Assembly: GCA_002269645.1 (NCBI GenBank)
Contig: NIVC01000691.1
Location: forward strand, 248,001 to 312,000
DNA from: Macrostomum lignano
Taxonomy: Eukaryota
Direction: 5' to 3'
DNA length: 64,000 nucleotides
A program made the translations under genes and the position numbers. The notes under the pieces are model-generated. The model saw only the letters and a program-made list of their open reading frames with translations, searched no databases and was not told where the DNA came from. Position 1 is the stretch's first letter; each line of letters opens with the position of its first letter. Below are positions 1-20,751 of the stretch, in pieces.

Positions 1-1715
1 CAGATTAGCACCACTCCTCCAGATTAGCACCACTCCTCCAGATTAGCACCACTCCTACAGATTAGCACCACTCCCCCAGTTTGCACCACTCCCCCAGATT
101 AGCACCACTCCTCCAGATTAGCATTACTCCCCCTGCTAAGCACCACTCCCCCAGATTAGCACCACTCCCCCAGATTAGCACCACTCCCCAGATTAGCACC
201 ACTCCCCAGATTAGCACCACTCCCCCAGATTAGCATCACTCCCCAGATTAGCACCACTCCCCCAGATTAGCACCACTTCTCCAGATTAGCATCACTCCCC
301 TAGATTAGCACCACTCCCCAGATTAGCATCACTCCCCCAGATTAGCACCAGTCCCCCAGATTAGCACCACTCCCCAGATTAGCACCACTCCCCAGATTAG
401 CACCACTTCCCCCGCTAAGCACTCCCCCCGCTCCCCCTGCTTAGCACCACTCCCCCCGCTAAGCACTCCCCCAGAGTGCTTAGCACCACTCCCCAGATTA
501 GCACCACTCCCCCAGATTAGCACCACTCCCCCAGATTAGCACCACTCCTCCAGATTAGCACCACTCCCCCAGATTAGCACCACTCCTCCAGATTAGCACC
601 ACTCCTCCAGATTAGCACCACTCCCCCAGATTAGCACCACTCCTCCAGATTAGCACCACTCCCCCAGATTGGCACCACTCCTCCAGATTAGCACCACTCC
701 TCCAGATTAGCACCACTCCACCAGATTAGCACCACTCCCCAGATTAGCACCACTCCTCCAGATTAGCATTACTCCCCCTGCTAAGCACCACTCCCCCAGA
801 TTAGCACCACTCCCCCAGATTAGCACCACTCCTCCAGATTAGCACCACTCCCCCTGCTTAGCACCACTCCCCCAGATTAGCACCACTCCTCCAGATTAGC
901 ACCACTCCCCCAGATTAGCACCACTCCTCCAGATTAGCACCACTCCTCCAGATTAGCACCACTCCTCCAGATTAGCACCACTCCCCCAGTTTGCACCACT
1001 CCCCCAGATTAGCACCACTCCTCCAGATTAGCATTACTCCCCCTGCTAAGCACCACTCCCCCAGATTAGCACCACTCCCCCAGATTAGCACCACTCCCCA
1101 GATTAGCACCACTCCTCCAGATTAGCACCACTCCCCCAGATTAGCACCACTCCCCAGATTAGCACCACTCCTCCAGATTAGCACCACTCCCCCAGATTAG
1201 CACCACTCCCCCAGATTAGCACCACTCCCCCAGATTAGCACCACTCCCCAGATTAGCACCACTCCCCCAGATTAGCACCACTCCCCCAGATTACCACCAC
1301 TCCCCCAGATTAGCACCACTCCACCAGATTAGCACCACTCCCCGAGATTAGCACCACTCCCCCAGATTAGCACCACTCCCCCTGCTTAGCACCACTCCCC
1401 CGCTTAGCACCACTCCACCAGATTAGCACCACTCCCCAGATTAGCACCACTCCTCCAGATTAGCACCACTCCCCCAGATTAGCACCACTCCCCCAGATTA
1501 GCACCACTCCTCCAGATTAGCACCACTCCTCCAGATTAGCACCACTCCCCCAGATTAGCACCACTCCCCCAGATTAGCACCACTCCCCCAGATTAGCACC
1601 ACTCCCCCAGATTAGCACCACTCCATCAGATTAGCACCACTCCCCCAGATTAGCACCACTCCCCCAGATTAGCACCACTCCCCCAGATTAGCACCACTCC
1701 CCCAGATTAGCACCA
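1..1715. repeat. Minisatellite, 19-21 bp unit CAGATTAGCACCACTCCCC(C), running off the window start
   Basis: Directly visible tandem array. A variant block at about 71-140 recurs at about 981-1050. Confidence 0.97.
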
Positions 1716-1907
1716 GTAAAACAAATCTGTAAAAGTAAGAAACCCGGAAAATTTTGCAGCATCACGTGACTATCTCGAAATTCACAAGTCGACTCGGCCG
1801 CAAAAGTTCAACATCCAGAAGCTGCCTATGAACTCCAAATTATTAGATAGGTAGAACAAATTTTTAAAAGTCAATCACACACGCGACTGCTTCCCAGTTT
1901 CTGCTGG

Positions 1908-3479
1908 TCAACCCCATCGATTATTCTTAGCTTTGGCCGCATCTCTAGACGCCTTCAGGGCCTCCTCGGCTGCCTTCTTAGCCGCCTCGGCCGCCTCTCT
2001 GGCCGCCCGCTCGGACGCCTCTTTGGCCGCTTTCTCGGCCGCCTGGGCCGCCGCCCGCCTAGACGCATCGGCCGCCATTTTAGCCTCAATTTTGGACACC
2101 CGTTTGGCCACTTCATCGGGTTTGTGAATTTTGTCGGAGATTTTGTACAGCTGCTTGTTGACTTTCTTCTGGCCGAAGTTGAACGCACTCTTGGTGACCT
2201 CCTTTGCTATTTCTGCGGTCGATACGGTTGGTTGGTACGCGGAGTATCAAAATAAAGTGTGACTTTGCTAAAAATTTGGGGTCAGTAACATTAACATGCA
2301 CAAGTTAGACATTAGCCTTTGTACGCGTGTACATCATGTACTTTAGGCTAGCTAGGATTTTTGCACGGAGCTGTAATTTAAGTTTGAATAACTTATTAAG
2401 TATCTGATCACGCATTAAGAAATGCATATCAGCGAGAAAATACACAGAACGACTGTTCAGAAGGAAATGTCATTTGCAGCGGGGACATGTCCCCCCCCCC
2501 TACAGTAAAAAATAAGGAGGAACATGCCAATGCTTCGTCTCCACACCCCACCTTTGTTGACCAATTATTAAAATCAATAATTTTGCTTCAGGTCGACAAA
2601 ACAGTCCCTGCGGCGCTAAAATGAGGGCCTGCGGCGCTAAAATGGTGTCTGCAGCGCTAAAATGAGTGCCTGCAGCGCTAAAATGAGTGCCTGCGGCGCT
2701 AAAATGAGTGCCTGCGGCGCTAAAATGGTACCCTGAAGTGCTAAAAGGAGTGCCTGTGGCGCTAAAATGGTACCCTGAAGTGCTAAAATGAGTGCCTGTG
2801 GCGCTAAAATGAGTGCCTGTGGCGCTAAAATGAGTGCCTGCGGCGCTAAAATGAGTGTCTGCGGCGCTAAAATGAGTGCCTGCGGCGCTAAAATGAGTGC
2901 CTGCCGCGCTAAAATGAGTGCCTGAAGTGCTAAAATGAGTGCCTGAAGTGCTAAAATGAGTGCCTGTGGCGCTAAAATGAGTGCCTGTGGCGCTACAATG
3001 AGTGCCTGAAGTGCTAAAATGGTACCCTGAGGCGCTAAAATGGTACCTGCGGCGCTAAAATGAGTGCCTGTGGCGCTAAAATGAGTGCCTGCGGCGCTAA
3101 AATGAGTGCCTGCGGCGCTAAAATGAGTGCCTTAAGTGCTAAAATGAGTGCCTGCGGCGCTAAAATGAGTGCCTGTGGCGCTAAAATGAGTGCCTGCGGC
3201 GCTAAAATGAGTGCCTGCGGCGCTAAAATGAGTGCCTGCGGCGCTAAAATGAGTGCCTTAAGTGCTAAAATGAGAGCCTGTGGCGCTCAATCTGTCCTGC
3301 TCCCTACCATAAAATCCATGGCGACGTCCCTGGTCATATGTACGTGTATGCTTGTGCAAGACTTACCAACAAATTAATAACTTACTAATGGGGCAACACT
3401 CTGCACAGCGGAGAATCCAAAGCAGCAGACAAACTCCAAAGATAATTTGAGACGTGGCAGGCTTCAAGGCAAAGTTCAT
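1908..3479 (-). CDS. Small secreted protein 'A' (132 aa): signal peptide, Lys-rich segment and Ala/Glu/Lys-rich helical tail
   Basis: Exons 3479-3386 and 2212-1908. Exon 1 reads MNFALKPATSQIIFGVCLLLWILRCAECCPI, with donor A|gtaagt (phase 1). The acceptor ccgcag| continues in frame: KIAKEVTKSAFNFGQKKVNKQLYKISDKIHKPDEVAKRVSKIEAKMAADASRRAAAQAAEKAAKE...AKNNRWG*. The intron holds a 21-bp array, like other introns here. Confidence 0.65.
2616..3288. repeat. 21-bp minisatellite GGCGCTAAAATGAGTGCCTGC in the intron of gene A
   Basis: Visible tandem array. ORF 3060-3377 (MSACGAK repeats) is a by-product. Confidence 0.95.
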
Positions 3480-6137
3480 TTGAATCTGGATTGCTAAATG
3501 CTATATTAGTCGTATTCATGCAAATACATGTGCATGTGACCGTCACATTTACGACAAAAAGATCGCTTTTAGAAAATTGAGAAACACCACAAAAAAGAAA
3601 ATATTTGTATATGAACTGCAGATTGGCTAATTTAATTATAAACTGCATGCAATAAAAAATCAAATGGATTAAGCCACAGACAAAACCATGGAGTTAATTA
3701 TATTTACGGAGGAAAATATGTATTTCATAGAAAAAATTGGCAATCATGGTATATACATGTAGTATGTAGCATAGGTAAGATTGTGGGAGTGTGGGGCCAT
3801 GCATGCAATAAGATGTATGTTATATATTACATCTCATGTCCGTATAAAATGTCTTAACTATGAAATGTATACTATACTGACAGAGTGCAGGGCTCAAGCG
3901 GCGCGATTACACCGCGAGGCCCCTAATCGCAATGCAACTTCAAGGTACATGTAAAATACATTTATTTAAACCAAGGTTTAACCTTGGGCTGCGCCCTGCA
4001 GCCCCCGCCAGTAGTCGGCAGGTTCACTGAGGAGACATCGGCGACCCTCATCCGGTGCGGCCCGGTGTCCGACGAAGGTGCGAATGTCACGGATGTTATG
4101 CGGGGTCGTCAGCTCTCGATTTGCTGGACGTGGCCGAGGGAGGCCGTTTTTTAATTACCGCGCCAAATTGAAGTAAATTGGCAGAAGTTGACGTGCAGTG
4201 ATGCTCCGCGGTCTCCAGCTCTTATGAAACAGAAGAGCAGGTGGGAGCGCAACCGGTTTGCAACGAGATGTCTCAGCAGGAAGAATCCATGGCTGGTTAG
4301 GACCATGCACATCTCCCTGAGGTCTACTACTGTTAAGTGAGATCAGCTAGCTACGTGTGTAATTCGATTAGAGATTTTTCCGATCCTGTTCAGGTGTTTG
4401 GCATTGCAGTGCATGCATGCAGGTAGCTGCCTGTAGTCAGCTAGTGCAACTGTTTCAGTGAAGCTGTTGTTGCTAATATTGCGGGAGATTTGCGACCTAA
4501 TGTATTGCAATAGGAATGGGTAAGCATCACCAGACGTGAATTACATAATTGGGTGCTGCCATGCAGCTCCTTGGCGAGGAAATCGCGAACTCATTTCCCA
4601 GCATATTGCTGTGACCGGGTGTCTATAGAATTCTAATCCTGTTAAAAACTGAGAGAGACTACATGCAATACTGCAACAAACTTATTGTATATGTATGTTA
4701 CGAGTACATGTTGTTTTTGATCCATGGTTCTGACTGCATCAAATTTGAACCATTTTTTCTTGTGCCGACTCATCAATTGCCGACATTTTGATCTGATCAA
4801 CGAAACAAAATTCTGCCAAAAGTTTTCTGAAATTTTTCCCAACTCCAGGGAAGATGATCCATTCAAAGAAATAGGAATCAAACCAAAAGCAGCGACTAAA
4901 ATTCACTTACACTACGGTACTATAAAAGCAGGCAAACTACAAAATTGAAATGCAGATTAGATCAATTCAGTTGTCGATGTTGCATCGAAATAATGCAAAA
5001 TATAGCTATACTCTTAAACATAATGTAAAACTATTATATTAAGCAAGCAAATAAGCAAATTTGCTGATACTTAGCTCTGGCTTAATTTTTTGCATCGTTT
5101 CATTTGTCGTTATTATAGAATTTTCACGTAAACAGCGAAGTTACGAAAGTTTGATATTTAAATAGTTTTTTAATTTATCGTACTAGTTAGATATAGATCG
5201 TTCGCTCAACTGTTCAAGCTGCGAACGATGACTGTGATTTGTATAATACAAGATTTGGAATCGCTAACGCAGTCGCAGTCGCCTTGGTAGTTTATTGCAT
5301 GGCTACACTGAATTCTATTTAGCTTTAATATATGTAGCTAACTTCGGAATGTGCAATGACAACTTTAAAGAATGGCTTGTAAAATGACAAATTTGTTTAT
5401 AGCTGAATTAAACATTCTTTCACTCAAATTCTGACCTTAAAATTGGGTGAAACATGCACTGTGCTTTAGTATTTTATTTATAATATTTTATGTTACAATG
5501 AAAAGGGCAAAAATATTTTATATTTTATAATGAAAAAGGTTTGTTTGCTGTTTTGCATGATAAAAATCTATAATGATAACATTTATTAAATACTCAGGTA
5601 TAGAGATAGTAATTACTTAATAACTGAAAAATAATAACTAATAACACTAAAAATATCATTACTATTCAAGTTGATTCTTCTATATTGATTGTATTATTAT
5701 TAATCTAAGCCACTTAGCTAATTCTAAAACAGTTAATATTTTTAATTTTAGCAATGCCTAGTTGTCCAAAGTGGTTATAAAACAAGTGACGTATAGGCTT
5801 TAGATAGAAGTCATTTCATAGCTGAAATTCAAGTAAAAAAATTGAATAAAAATATACCACTATGCTCACTATATTCAGATTTCAATATTGATTCTTAGTA
5901 TAGGGATTTTTCTTAGTATTAATTAGGTGCTTCGCATTCTTAAAAAACAAGAATATAAAAAGAGTGCAGATCATTTCATTATGCTCAGAAATTAAATGGC
6001 TGTTGAAACTTTGATAAATTTTTATAACTTTAGCTTTTGTATAGCTATTCACATATTTGAATAGTTGACTGAACTCTATTTTGCAATTTTCCTTTTCAGT
6101 TTCAAACTATTTATTTTTTTAAGTCTATAAATAAGCC

Positions 6138-13472
<7,335 letters not shown>

Positions 13473-13504
13473 CTGCTTGCCTGCCCTTCAAGACGGTCTG
13501 GATG

Positions 13505-14305
13505 ACAACCTACCAGATCCCCAGTTGCTGGGCCAGCCTCCCAGAGTGTCAGTTGCTGGGCCACCCTCCCAGATCCTCAGTTGCTGAGCCACCAGCCTCC
13601 CAGATCCCCAGTTGCTGGGCCAGCCTCCCAGATCCTCAGTTGCTGGGCCAGCCTCCCAGATCCTCAGTTGCTGGGCCAGCCTCCCAGATCCTCAATTGCT
13701 GAGCCACCAGCCTCCCAGATCCCCAGTTGCTGGACCAGCCTCCCAGATTCTCAGTTGCTAGACCAGACTCCCAGATCCTCAGTTGCTGGGCCAGCCTCCC
13801 AGATCCCCAGTTGCTGGACCAGCCTCCCAGATTCTCAGTTGCTAGACCAGCCTCCCAGATCCTCAGTTGCTGGGCCAGCCTCCCATATCCTCAGTTGCTA
13901 GGCCAGCCTCCCAGAGTGTCAGTTGCTGGGCCAGCCTCCCAGAGTGTCAGTTGCTGGGCCAGCCTCCCAGATCCTCAGTTGCTGGGCCAGCCTCTCAGAT
14001 CCTCAGTTGCTGGGCCAGCCTCTCAGATCCTCAGTTGCTGGACCAGACTCCCAGATCCTCAGTTACTGGGCCAGCCTCTCGGATCCTCAGTTGCTGGACC
14101 AGACTCCCAGATCCCCAGTTGCTGGGCCAGCCTCCCAGATCCTCAGTTGCTGGGCCAGCCTCCCAGATCCTCAGTTGCTGGGCCACCCTCCCAGATCCCC
14201 AGTTGCTGGGCCAGCCTCCCAGATCCTCAGTTGCTGGGCCACCCTCCCAGATCCTCAGTTGCTGGGCCACCCTCCCAGATCCTCAGTTGCTGGGCCAGCC
14301 TCCAG
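13505..14305. repeat. 28-bp minisatellite (CAGATCCTCAGTTGCTGGGCCAGCCTCC) just after the ankyrin stop codon
   Basis: Visible array. It explains the overlapping ORFs 13451-14381. Confidence 0.95.
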
Positions 14306-15029
14306 ACCACCTCATTTTATTGGGCTCTTAGGCGTACATCAGAGCAGAATTTTTTATCGCTTTAAGCAAACATACGAGTAATACACACGTAATATCGGAT
14401 TTCTTCTGAAAAAATTACCCACTTCTACAATGAAGAGTTTTTTTATTAACCCGCGCGCCCCGTGTGATAATGTAAAACTCTAAGGCGGTCTGAGTTTGTT
14501 GCACAGTTTTATCTCTACATGTACTGCACATTGCACAATTATAGGAATTGCTTAGGCTTTTTCTTTATTCCTGGCTGTCGTCCTGTTTGCCTTGCTAGTC
14601 TTTGTGATATTTGTGAAGTTATTTTGTGTTTGGGAGAAATTAGCGCTTTTAGTAGTCATTCCGCTAACCGCCTGAGCACGGGGCACGCAGCTCACACAGG
14701 GTGTACTCGTACAGCGGCCCAGACTTTCAAATCGTCAGTCATGTACATGCACTCTCCGTGCCCTGCAGGTTGGCCTTCAAGCTGAAGTTTTATGATCGAA
14801 ATCTAACTTCAAAGCCACATCGTATATTTGGCGAGCTGCATCATCAGGTTATTTACTTGTTTGCGCGTGTTTATTTTTACATTTATAATTGTAGATGTTG
14901 TTGCTTTCAGACAAAAGAATATAATTGTTTTAACACCCTCCTCTTTTTCTTGCTTTTGTATCTGTCAGAATTTTAATTAAAAAATTATTGAAAACTGGCT
15001 TTTTTGTTTACTTTGATATCCCTATCCTT

Positions 15030-16725
15030 GAGAATCCTCTGCCTTTCCGCTCCATCAATTCTTGAGAATCTGCCTCTCCGCTCCATCAGTCCTTGAGAAT
15101 CTGCCTCTCCGCTTCATCAATACTTGAGAATCTGCCTCTCCGCTTCATCAATACTTTAGAATCTGCCTCTCCGCTTCATCAATACTTGAGGATCTGCCTC
15201 TCTGCTCCATCAATTCTTGAGAATCCTCTGCCTCTCCGCTTCATCAATACTTGAGAATCTGCCTCTCCGCTTCATCAATTCTTGAGAATCTGCCTCTCGG
15301 CTTCATCAATACTTGAGAATCTGCCTCTCCGCTTCATCAATACTTGAGAATCTGCCTCTCCGCTTCATCAATACTTGAGAATCTGCCTCTCTGCACGGAC
15401 TACTAGTGGTCCTTGCCTCTCTGCTTCATCAATACTTGAGGATCTGCCTCTCTGCTCCATCAATACTTGAGAATCCTCTGCCTCTCGGCTTCATCAATAC
15501 TTGAGAATCTGCCTCTCTGCTCCATCAATTCTTGAGAATCCTCTGCCTCTCTGCTTCATCAATACTTGAGGATCTGCCTCTCTGCTCCATCAATTCTTGA
15601 GAATCCTCTGCCTCTCTGCTTCATCAATACTTGAGAATCTGCCTCTCCGCTCCATCAATTCTTGAGAATCCTCTGCCTCTCTGCTTCATCAATACTTGAG
15701 AATCTGCCTCTCCGCTCCATCAATTCTTGAGAATCCTCTGCCTCTCTGCTTCATCAATACTTGAGAATCTGCCTCTCTGCTTCATCAATACTTGAGGATC
15801 TGCCTCTCTGCTCCATCAATACTTGAGAATCCTCTGCCTCTCTGCTTCATCAATACTTGAGGATCTGCCTCTCTGCTCCATCAATACTTGAGAATCTGCC
15901 TCTCTGCTCCATCAATTCTTGAGAATCTGCCTCTCTGCTCCATCAATACTTGAGAATCTGCCTCTCTGCTTCATCAATACTTGAGGATCTGCCTCTCTGC
16001 TCCATCAATACTTGAGAATCCTCTGCCTCTCTGCTTCATCAATACTTGAGGATCTGCCTCTCTGCTCCATCAATTCTTGAGAATCCTCTGCCTCTCTGCT
16101 CCATCAATACTTGAGAATTTGCCTCTCCGCTCCATCAATTCTTGAGAATCCTCTGCCTCTCTGCTCCATCAATACTTGAGAATCTGCCTCTCTGCTCCAT
16201 CAATTCTTGAGAATCCTCTGCCTCTCTGCTCCATCAATACTTGAGAATTTGCCTCTCCGCTCCATCAATTCTTGAGAATCCTCTGCCTCTCTGCTCCATC
16301 AATACTTGAGAATCTGCCTCTCTGCTCCATCAATTCTTGAGAATCCTCTGCCTCTCTGCTCCATCAATACTTGAGAATTTGCCTCTCCGCTCCATCAATT
16401 CTTGAGAATCCTCTGCCTCTCTGCTCCATCAATACTTGAGAATCCTCTGCCTCTCGGCTCCATCAATTCTTGAGAATCCTCTGCCTCTCTGCTCCATCAA
16501 TACTTGAGAATTTGCCTCTCCGCTCCATCAATTCTTGAGAATCTGCCTCTCTGCTCAATCAATACTTGAGAATCTGCCTCTCCGCTCCATCAATACTTGA
16601 GAATCTGCCTCTCTGCTCCATCAATTCTTGAGAATCTGCCTCTCCGCTCCATCAACACTTGAGAATCTGCCTCTCCGCTCCATCAATTCTTGAGAATCCT
16701 CTGCCTCTCCGCTTCATCAATCCTT
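15030..16725. repeat. 31/34-bp minisatellite (TTGAGAATC(CTC)TGCCTCTCYGCTYCATCAATWC)
   Basis: Visible tandem array. Confidence 0.96.
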
Positions 16726-17214
16726 GACGATCTCTCATTTTACTTTTACCGGTAGTCACTTTAAAGTCTACAGTCTAAAAATAAACAATAATTATCGGGG
16801 CCATTTTATCAGAAATAATAATATATCAATAGGTATATACGGAGCTAAGAAGTGTTTTAAAAAATCTGTTCTATTGGTCTGTCTGTGTGTATATATTTCG
16901 CATATTTTCACCGAAATCTCGGCATTGACAAAATTCTCAAAAATATAAATTTTAAAATGCTAGATTACATTTTTGTACTGATTAAAAATCGAATACTATT
17001 TTTTATATACTAACAAACGTATCGCTTAGTTAACAGGGGGAAATAATATACATATTTAATTTATGCGACATAGCAAACAACATCAACAATGCAGAAACTA
17101 TTGTGAGAGTGAAAGTACTCAAGACAAGACAACATGTAAACAGTTTAAAGAGATCTAATGACACTGGATTTTAAGTTCACTATCGGATCCCGATTTACCC
17201 AGCTTTGAGGTTCA

Positions 17215-17620
17215 CAAAAAGCCAATTCGACAGCAACAGAACTGATGACAGCCAATTCGACAGCAACAGAACTGATGACAGCCAATTTGACAGCAACAGA
17301 ACTGATGACAGCCAATTTGACAGCAACAGAACTGATGACAGCCAATTTGACAGCAACAGCAGAACTGATGACAACCAATTTGACAGCAACAGCAGAACTG
17401 ATGACAACCAATTCGACAGCAACAGCAGAACTGATGACAACCAATTTGACAGCAACAGCAGAACTGATGACAACCAATTTGACAGCAACAGCAGAACTGA
17501 TGACAACCAATTTGACAGCAACAGCAGAACTGATGACAACCAATTTGACAGCAACAGCAGAACTGATGACAACCAATTTGACAGCAACAGCAGAACTGAT
17601 GACAGCCAATTTGACAGCAA
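17215..17620. repeat. 30/33-bp minisatellite (AACTGATGACAACCAATTTGACAGCAACAGCAG) downstream of the AIP stop codon
   Basis: Visible array. It explains the repetitive ORFs 17145-17844. Confidence 0.94.
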
Positions 17621-17648
17621 TTAAGACAGTACCGTACAGAACAGACTG

Positions 17649-20564
17649 TCACTCCCCAGCAATGAGTTTTCCCCTAAGCTGCTCTTTCTCCAGGCGCTCC
17701 CTCTCGCGCACCTTATCAGTCAAGTCGCGTACAGCTGCATCGCAGGCCGCAGCCAGGCCCGGGTCCAGCTGGGCAGCCCTAGAGAAATCCTGCTTGGCCT
17801 CAGCCACATCCCATACGGCTGCGTGCGCTTTGGCCCGACGATAAACAGCCTTTACGTTGTCCGGCTCGCGGCTGAGGGCCTCGGTGCACAGCCGGATGGT
17901 CTGGTAGTTGTCGCCTAGCAGCAGCTGGCACTGCGCCAGGTTCAGCAGGAATGGCACCTGAGGAGCGGTTGGACCAGTGCGAGCAGATAGTTGAAAGTAA
18001 ACATTCTTGCTCATGGGGCGCTGTCTTGATGGGCCTGTCTTTAGGGGGTGTCTTGACGGGGTGTCTTAAGGGGGTGTCTTGAGAGGGCTGTCTTGAGAGG
18101 AGTCTTGAGGGGGTGTCTTGAGAGGGCTGTCTTGAGGGGGTGTCTTGAGGAGCCTGTCTTTTTGACCTTTTTGAAAGGGGGCCTTTTTGAAACGGGTGTC
18201 TTGAGGGGTTTGTCCTGAGGGGCCTGTCTTGAGGGGATGTCTTGAGGGGATGTCATGAGGCCTGTCTTGAAGGGGTGTCTTTAAAAGGCCTGTCTTGAAG
18301 GGGTGTCTTTAAAAGGCCTGTCTTGAAGGGGTGTCTTTAAAAGGCCTGTCTTGAAGGGGTGTCTTTAAAAGGCCTGTCTTGAAGGGGTGTCTTTAAAAGG
18401 CCTGTCTTGAAGGGGGTGTCTTGAGGGGTGTCTTGAGGGGCCTGTCCTGAGGGGCCTATCCAGAGGGCCTGTCTTGAGGGGCCTGTCTTGAGGGTTTGTC
18501 TTGAGACCGAGGGGTCTTGTCTTGAGGGGGTGTCTTGAGGAACCTGTCTTGAGGAACCTGTCTTGAGGAGCCTGTCTTGAGGAACCTGTCTTGAGGAGCC
18601 TGTCTTAAGGGGGCCTTTTTGAAACGGGTGTCTTGAGGGGTTTGTCCTGAGGGGTCTGTCCTAAGGGGCCTGTCTTGAGGGGATGTCTTGAGGGGATGTC
18701 TTGAGAGGCCTGTCTTGAAGGGGTGTCTTTAAAAGGCCTGTCTTGAAGGGGTGTCTTTAAAAGGCCTGTCTTGAAGGGGTGTCTTTAAAAGGCCTGTCTT
18801 GAAGGGGGTGTCTTGAGGGGGTGTATTGAGGGGCCTGTCCTGAGGGGCCTATCCTGAGGGCCTGTCTTGAGGGGCCTGTCTTGAGGGGGTGTCTTGAAAG
18901 GCCTTTCTTTAAATGGTGTCTTGAGGGCCTGTCTTGAGGAGCCTGTCTTGAGGAACCTGTCTTGAGGAGCCTGTCTTGAGGAACCTGTCTTGAGGAGCCT
19001 GTCTTGAGGAGCCTGTCTTGAGGGGGCCTTTTTGAAAGGGGTGTCTTGAGGGGTTTGTCCTGAGGGGTCTGTTTAGAGGGGCCTGTCTTGAGGGAATGTC
19101 TTGAGAGACAGTTTAAAGTGCCAAATAAAATAAAATTGAATAAAATGCAGCAACACCAACCCACACCCACCTTGGCCTTATCCAACTCCAGCCACTTTGT
19201 ATCCTGCGGCCGCTCCATCGCGGCCAGATCCTCCAGCATCGCCAGAGCCTCGGTATACCTGGCAGCCGCATCGGCAGTTTTGCCAGCTTTATAAAGATCG
19301 TTGCCTTCCTGCCGCAGCTGGGGCAGCGCGGCGCGCTTCTCCTCCGGTCGCATAATCCAAGCCTCCTTGCGGAACTCGTGCGGCAGTTTGGCCTCGCGCA
19401 GGTGAAACTCGAATAGTAAGCGCTGCGGCTTTGCCAAGAGGTCGTCAAGGTCTGCGTAACTGCGTATAGGTTTAGGGAGAATTTGAGTGATGATGATGGG
19501 TCACACAGTGGGATAGTGTTTATGGCCACGACATTAGGGCGACGGGATACTTGAGGGGCCTGTAGGAATTAACGACAGTGGGATAATTATAAACTCGGGG
19601 AAATAAGGGATAATTAGGAGATGTGGAACATTAAGGAGTTGGGACTTAGGGATTTGGGATAATTAGAGATGTGGGATAGTTAGGGATGTGAGATAATTTC
19701 AAGATGTGTGGGATAATTACGGATGTGGGATAATTAGGGATGATGGATAATAAAGTATGTGGAAACATTTTAGATTTCAGATAATTATGGATTTGGATTT
19801 GGGATAATTAGGGATTTGGAATAATTTGTGGTGCTGGATAAGGATATTTAAGGATTTGGAATAATTAGTGATGCGGGATAATTATGGATTTGGAATAATT
19901 AGGGATTAGGGATAATTAGGGTTGTGGGATGATTATGGATGTGGGATAATTGGGATGCGGGATAATTAGGGATGTGACATAAATAGTGTGGGATAAATAG
20001 GGAATTGGGGTGATTAGGAATGTGGGATAATTGGGATGCGGGATAATTAGGGATTAGAGATTAATGAGTAGGAATAAGAATGAAGCATAAAACCATATGG
20101 AAATAAAGTATTAAAAACTCCAAACAAAAGTGCAACTTAATAACTAACCCTAATCCGCCACCATCTCGAACTCCGGCCATTCCACAGCAGTGAGCAGACT
20201 TCCTATCCAGCAGGTAATCCCGCAGCTTCCTGTATTGCACAGGGAACAGGCCCAGCTGCTCGGGCTCCACGGCGAACTCCGCCACCTCGCCAGGTCGCAT
20301 GGTTTCCAAGCAGGTCTCCCAGAAGCCGATCTGGAAGCCGCGGCCGCTGTACAGGGAGACTGGACGCTTTGGATGAAGTCGGGAATCGTCAAGCACAGCG
20401 CCTGTGGTAGCAACTCGAACCACGAAATCGAATGCGAAATGACTCTCTGTTGGATAGGACGGCGGAGATGAAGCACTGCCGGAGTCTGGGGCGGTGCTCA
20501 AAACTCTCTTGCTGATTCCATCGGCTATGGTGACAGTGTCAGGGGCTTCATTGGTAGTGGCCAT
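17649..20564 (-). CDS. AIP: AH receptor-interacting protein (AIP/AIPL1 family): FKBP-type domain plus TPR repeats, 337 aa
   Basis: Exons 20564-20149, 19459-19171, 17957-17649, phases 2 and 0. Motifs match human AIP as I recall it: DDSR..GRGFQIGFWETCLETMRPGEVAEF, HCCGMA, LGYADLDDLLAKPQRLLFEF, RQEGNDLYKAG, PFLLNLAQCQL, DNVKAVYRRAKAHAAVWDVAEAKQDF..LDP. Confidence 0.93.
18020..19110. repeat. GTCTTGAG-core degenerate minisatellite filling AIP intron 2
   Basis: Visible array between exons 2 and 3. Confidence 0.92.
19570..20080. repeat. Degenerate GGGATAATTAG repeat in AIP intron 1
   Basis: Recurrent GGGATAATT motifs at short, irregular spacing. Confidence 0.8.
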
Positions 20565-20751
20565 GGTGTTGGGGTTTAGCAGGAATAGTTAAAGTACAGA
20601 TGCTAGATAGTGAAAGCCAAAATGGCTAGGTTTACAGCAAAACTGGTTACTTTTTGTGAAAAACCTTTATATCAATGATATAGCAAAATAATTCATATAA
20701 TCCATATACCAATACATACGACAATAATATTAAATAATAATTGATTACACC

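Noticed and set aside
3308-3337. Alternative first exon MTRDVAMDFM|gtaggg for gene A
   Set aside because: It needs a weak phase-0 acceptor. The 3479-3386 exon has a better donor, fits the strong acceptor and gives a signal peptide.
3990-4150. Minus-strand peptide TPHNIRDIRTFVG resembling a Ty3/Gypsy RT thumb motif
   Set aside because: The flanking residues do not match RT (no YxDD, no YYRRF) and there are no LTRs. A translated search would be needed.
1740-4950. Exon-like plus-strand segments (about 1745-1850, 3885-3944, 4000-4340, 4724-4948)
   Set aside because: I could not build a phase-consistent chain without stops or implausibly short introns, and recognised no family. It may still be a gene.
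14690-14850. Exon-like stretch LAFKLKFYDRNLTSKPHRIFGELHHQ|gttatt
   Set aside because: No compatible partner exons were found and the donor is weak.
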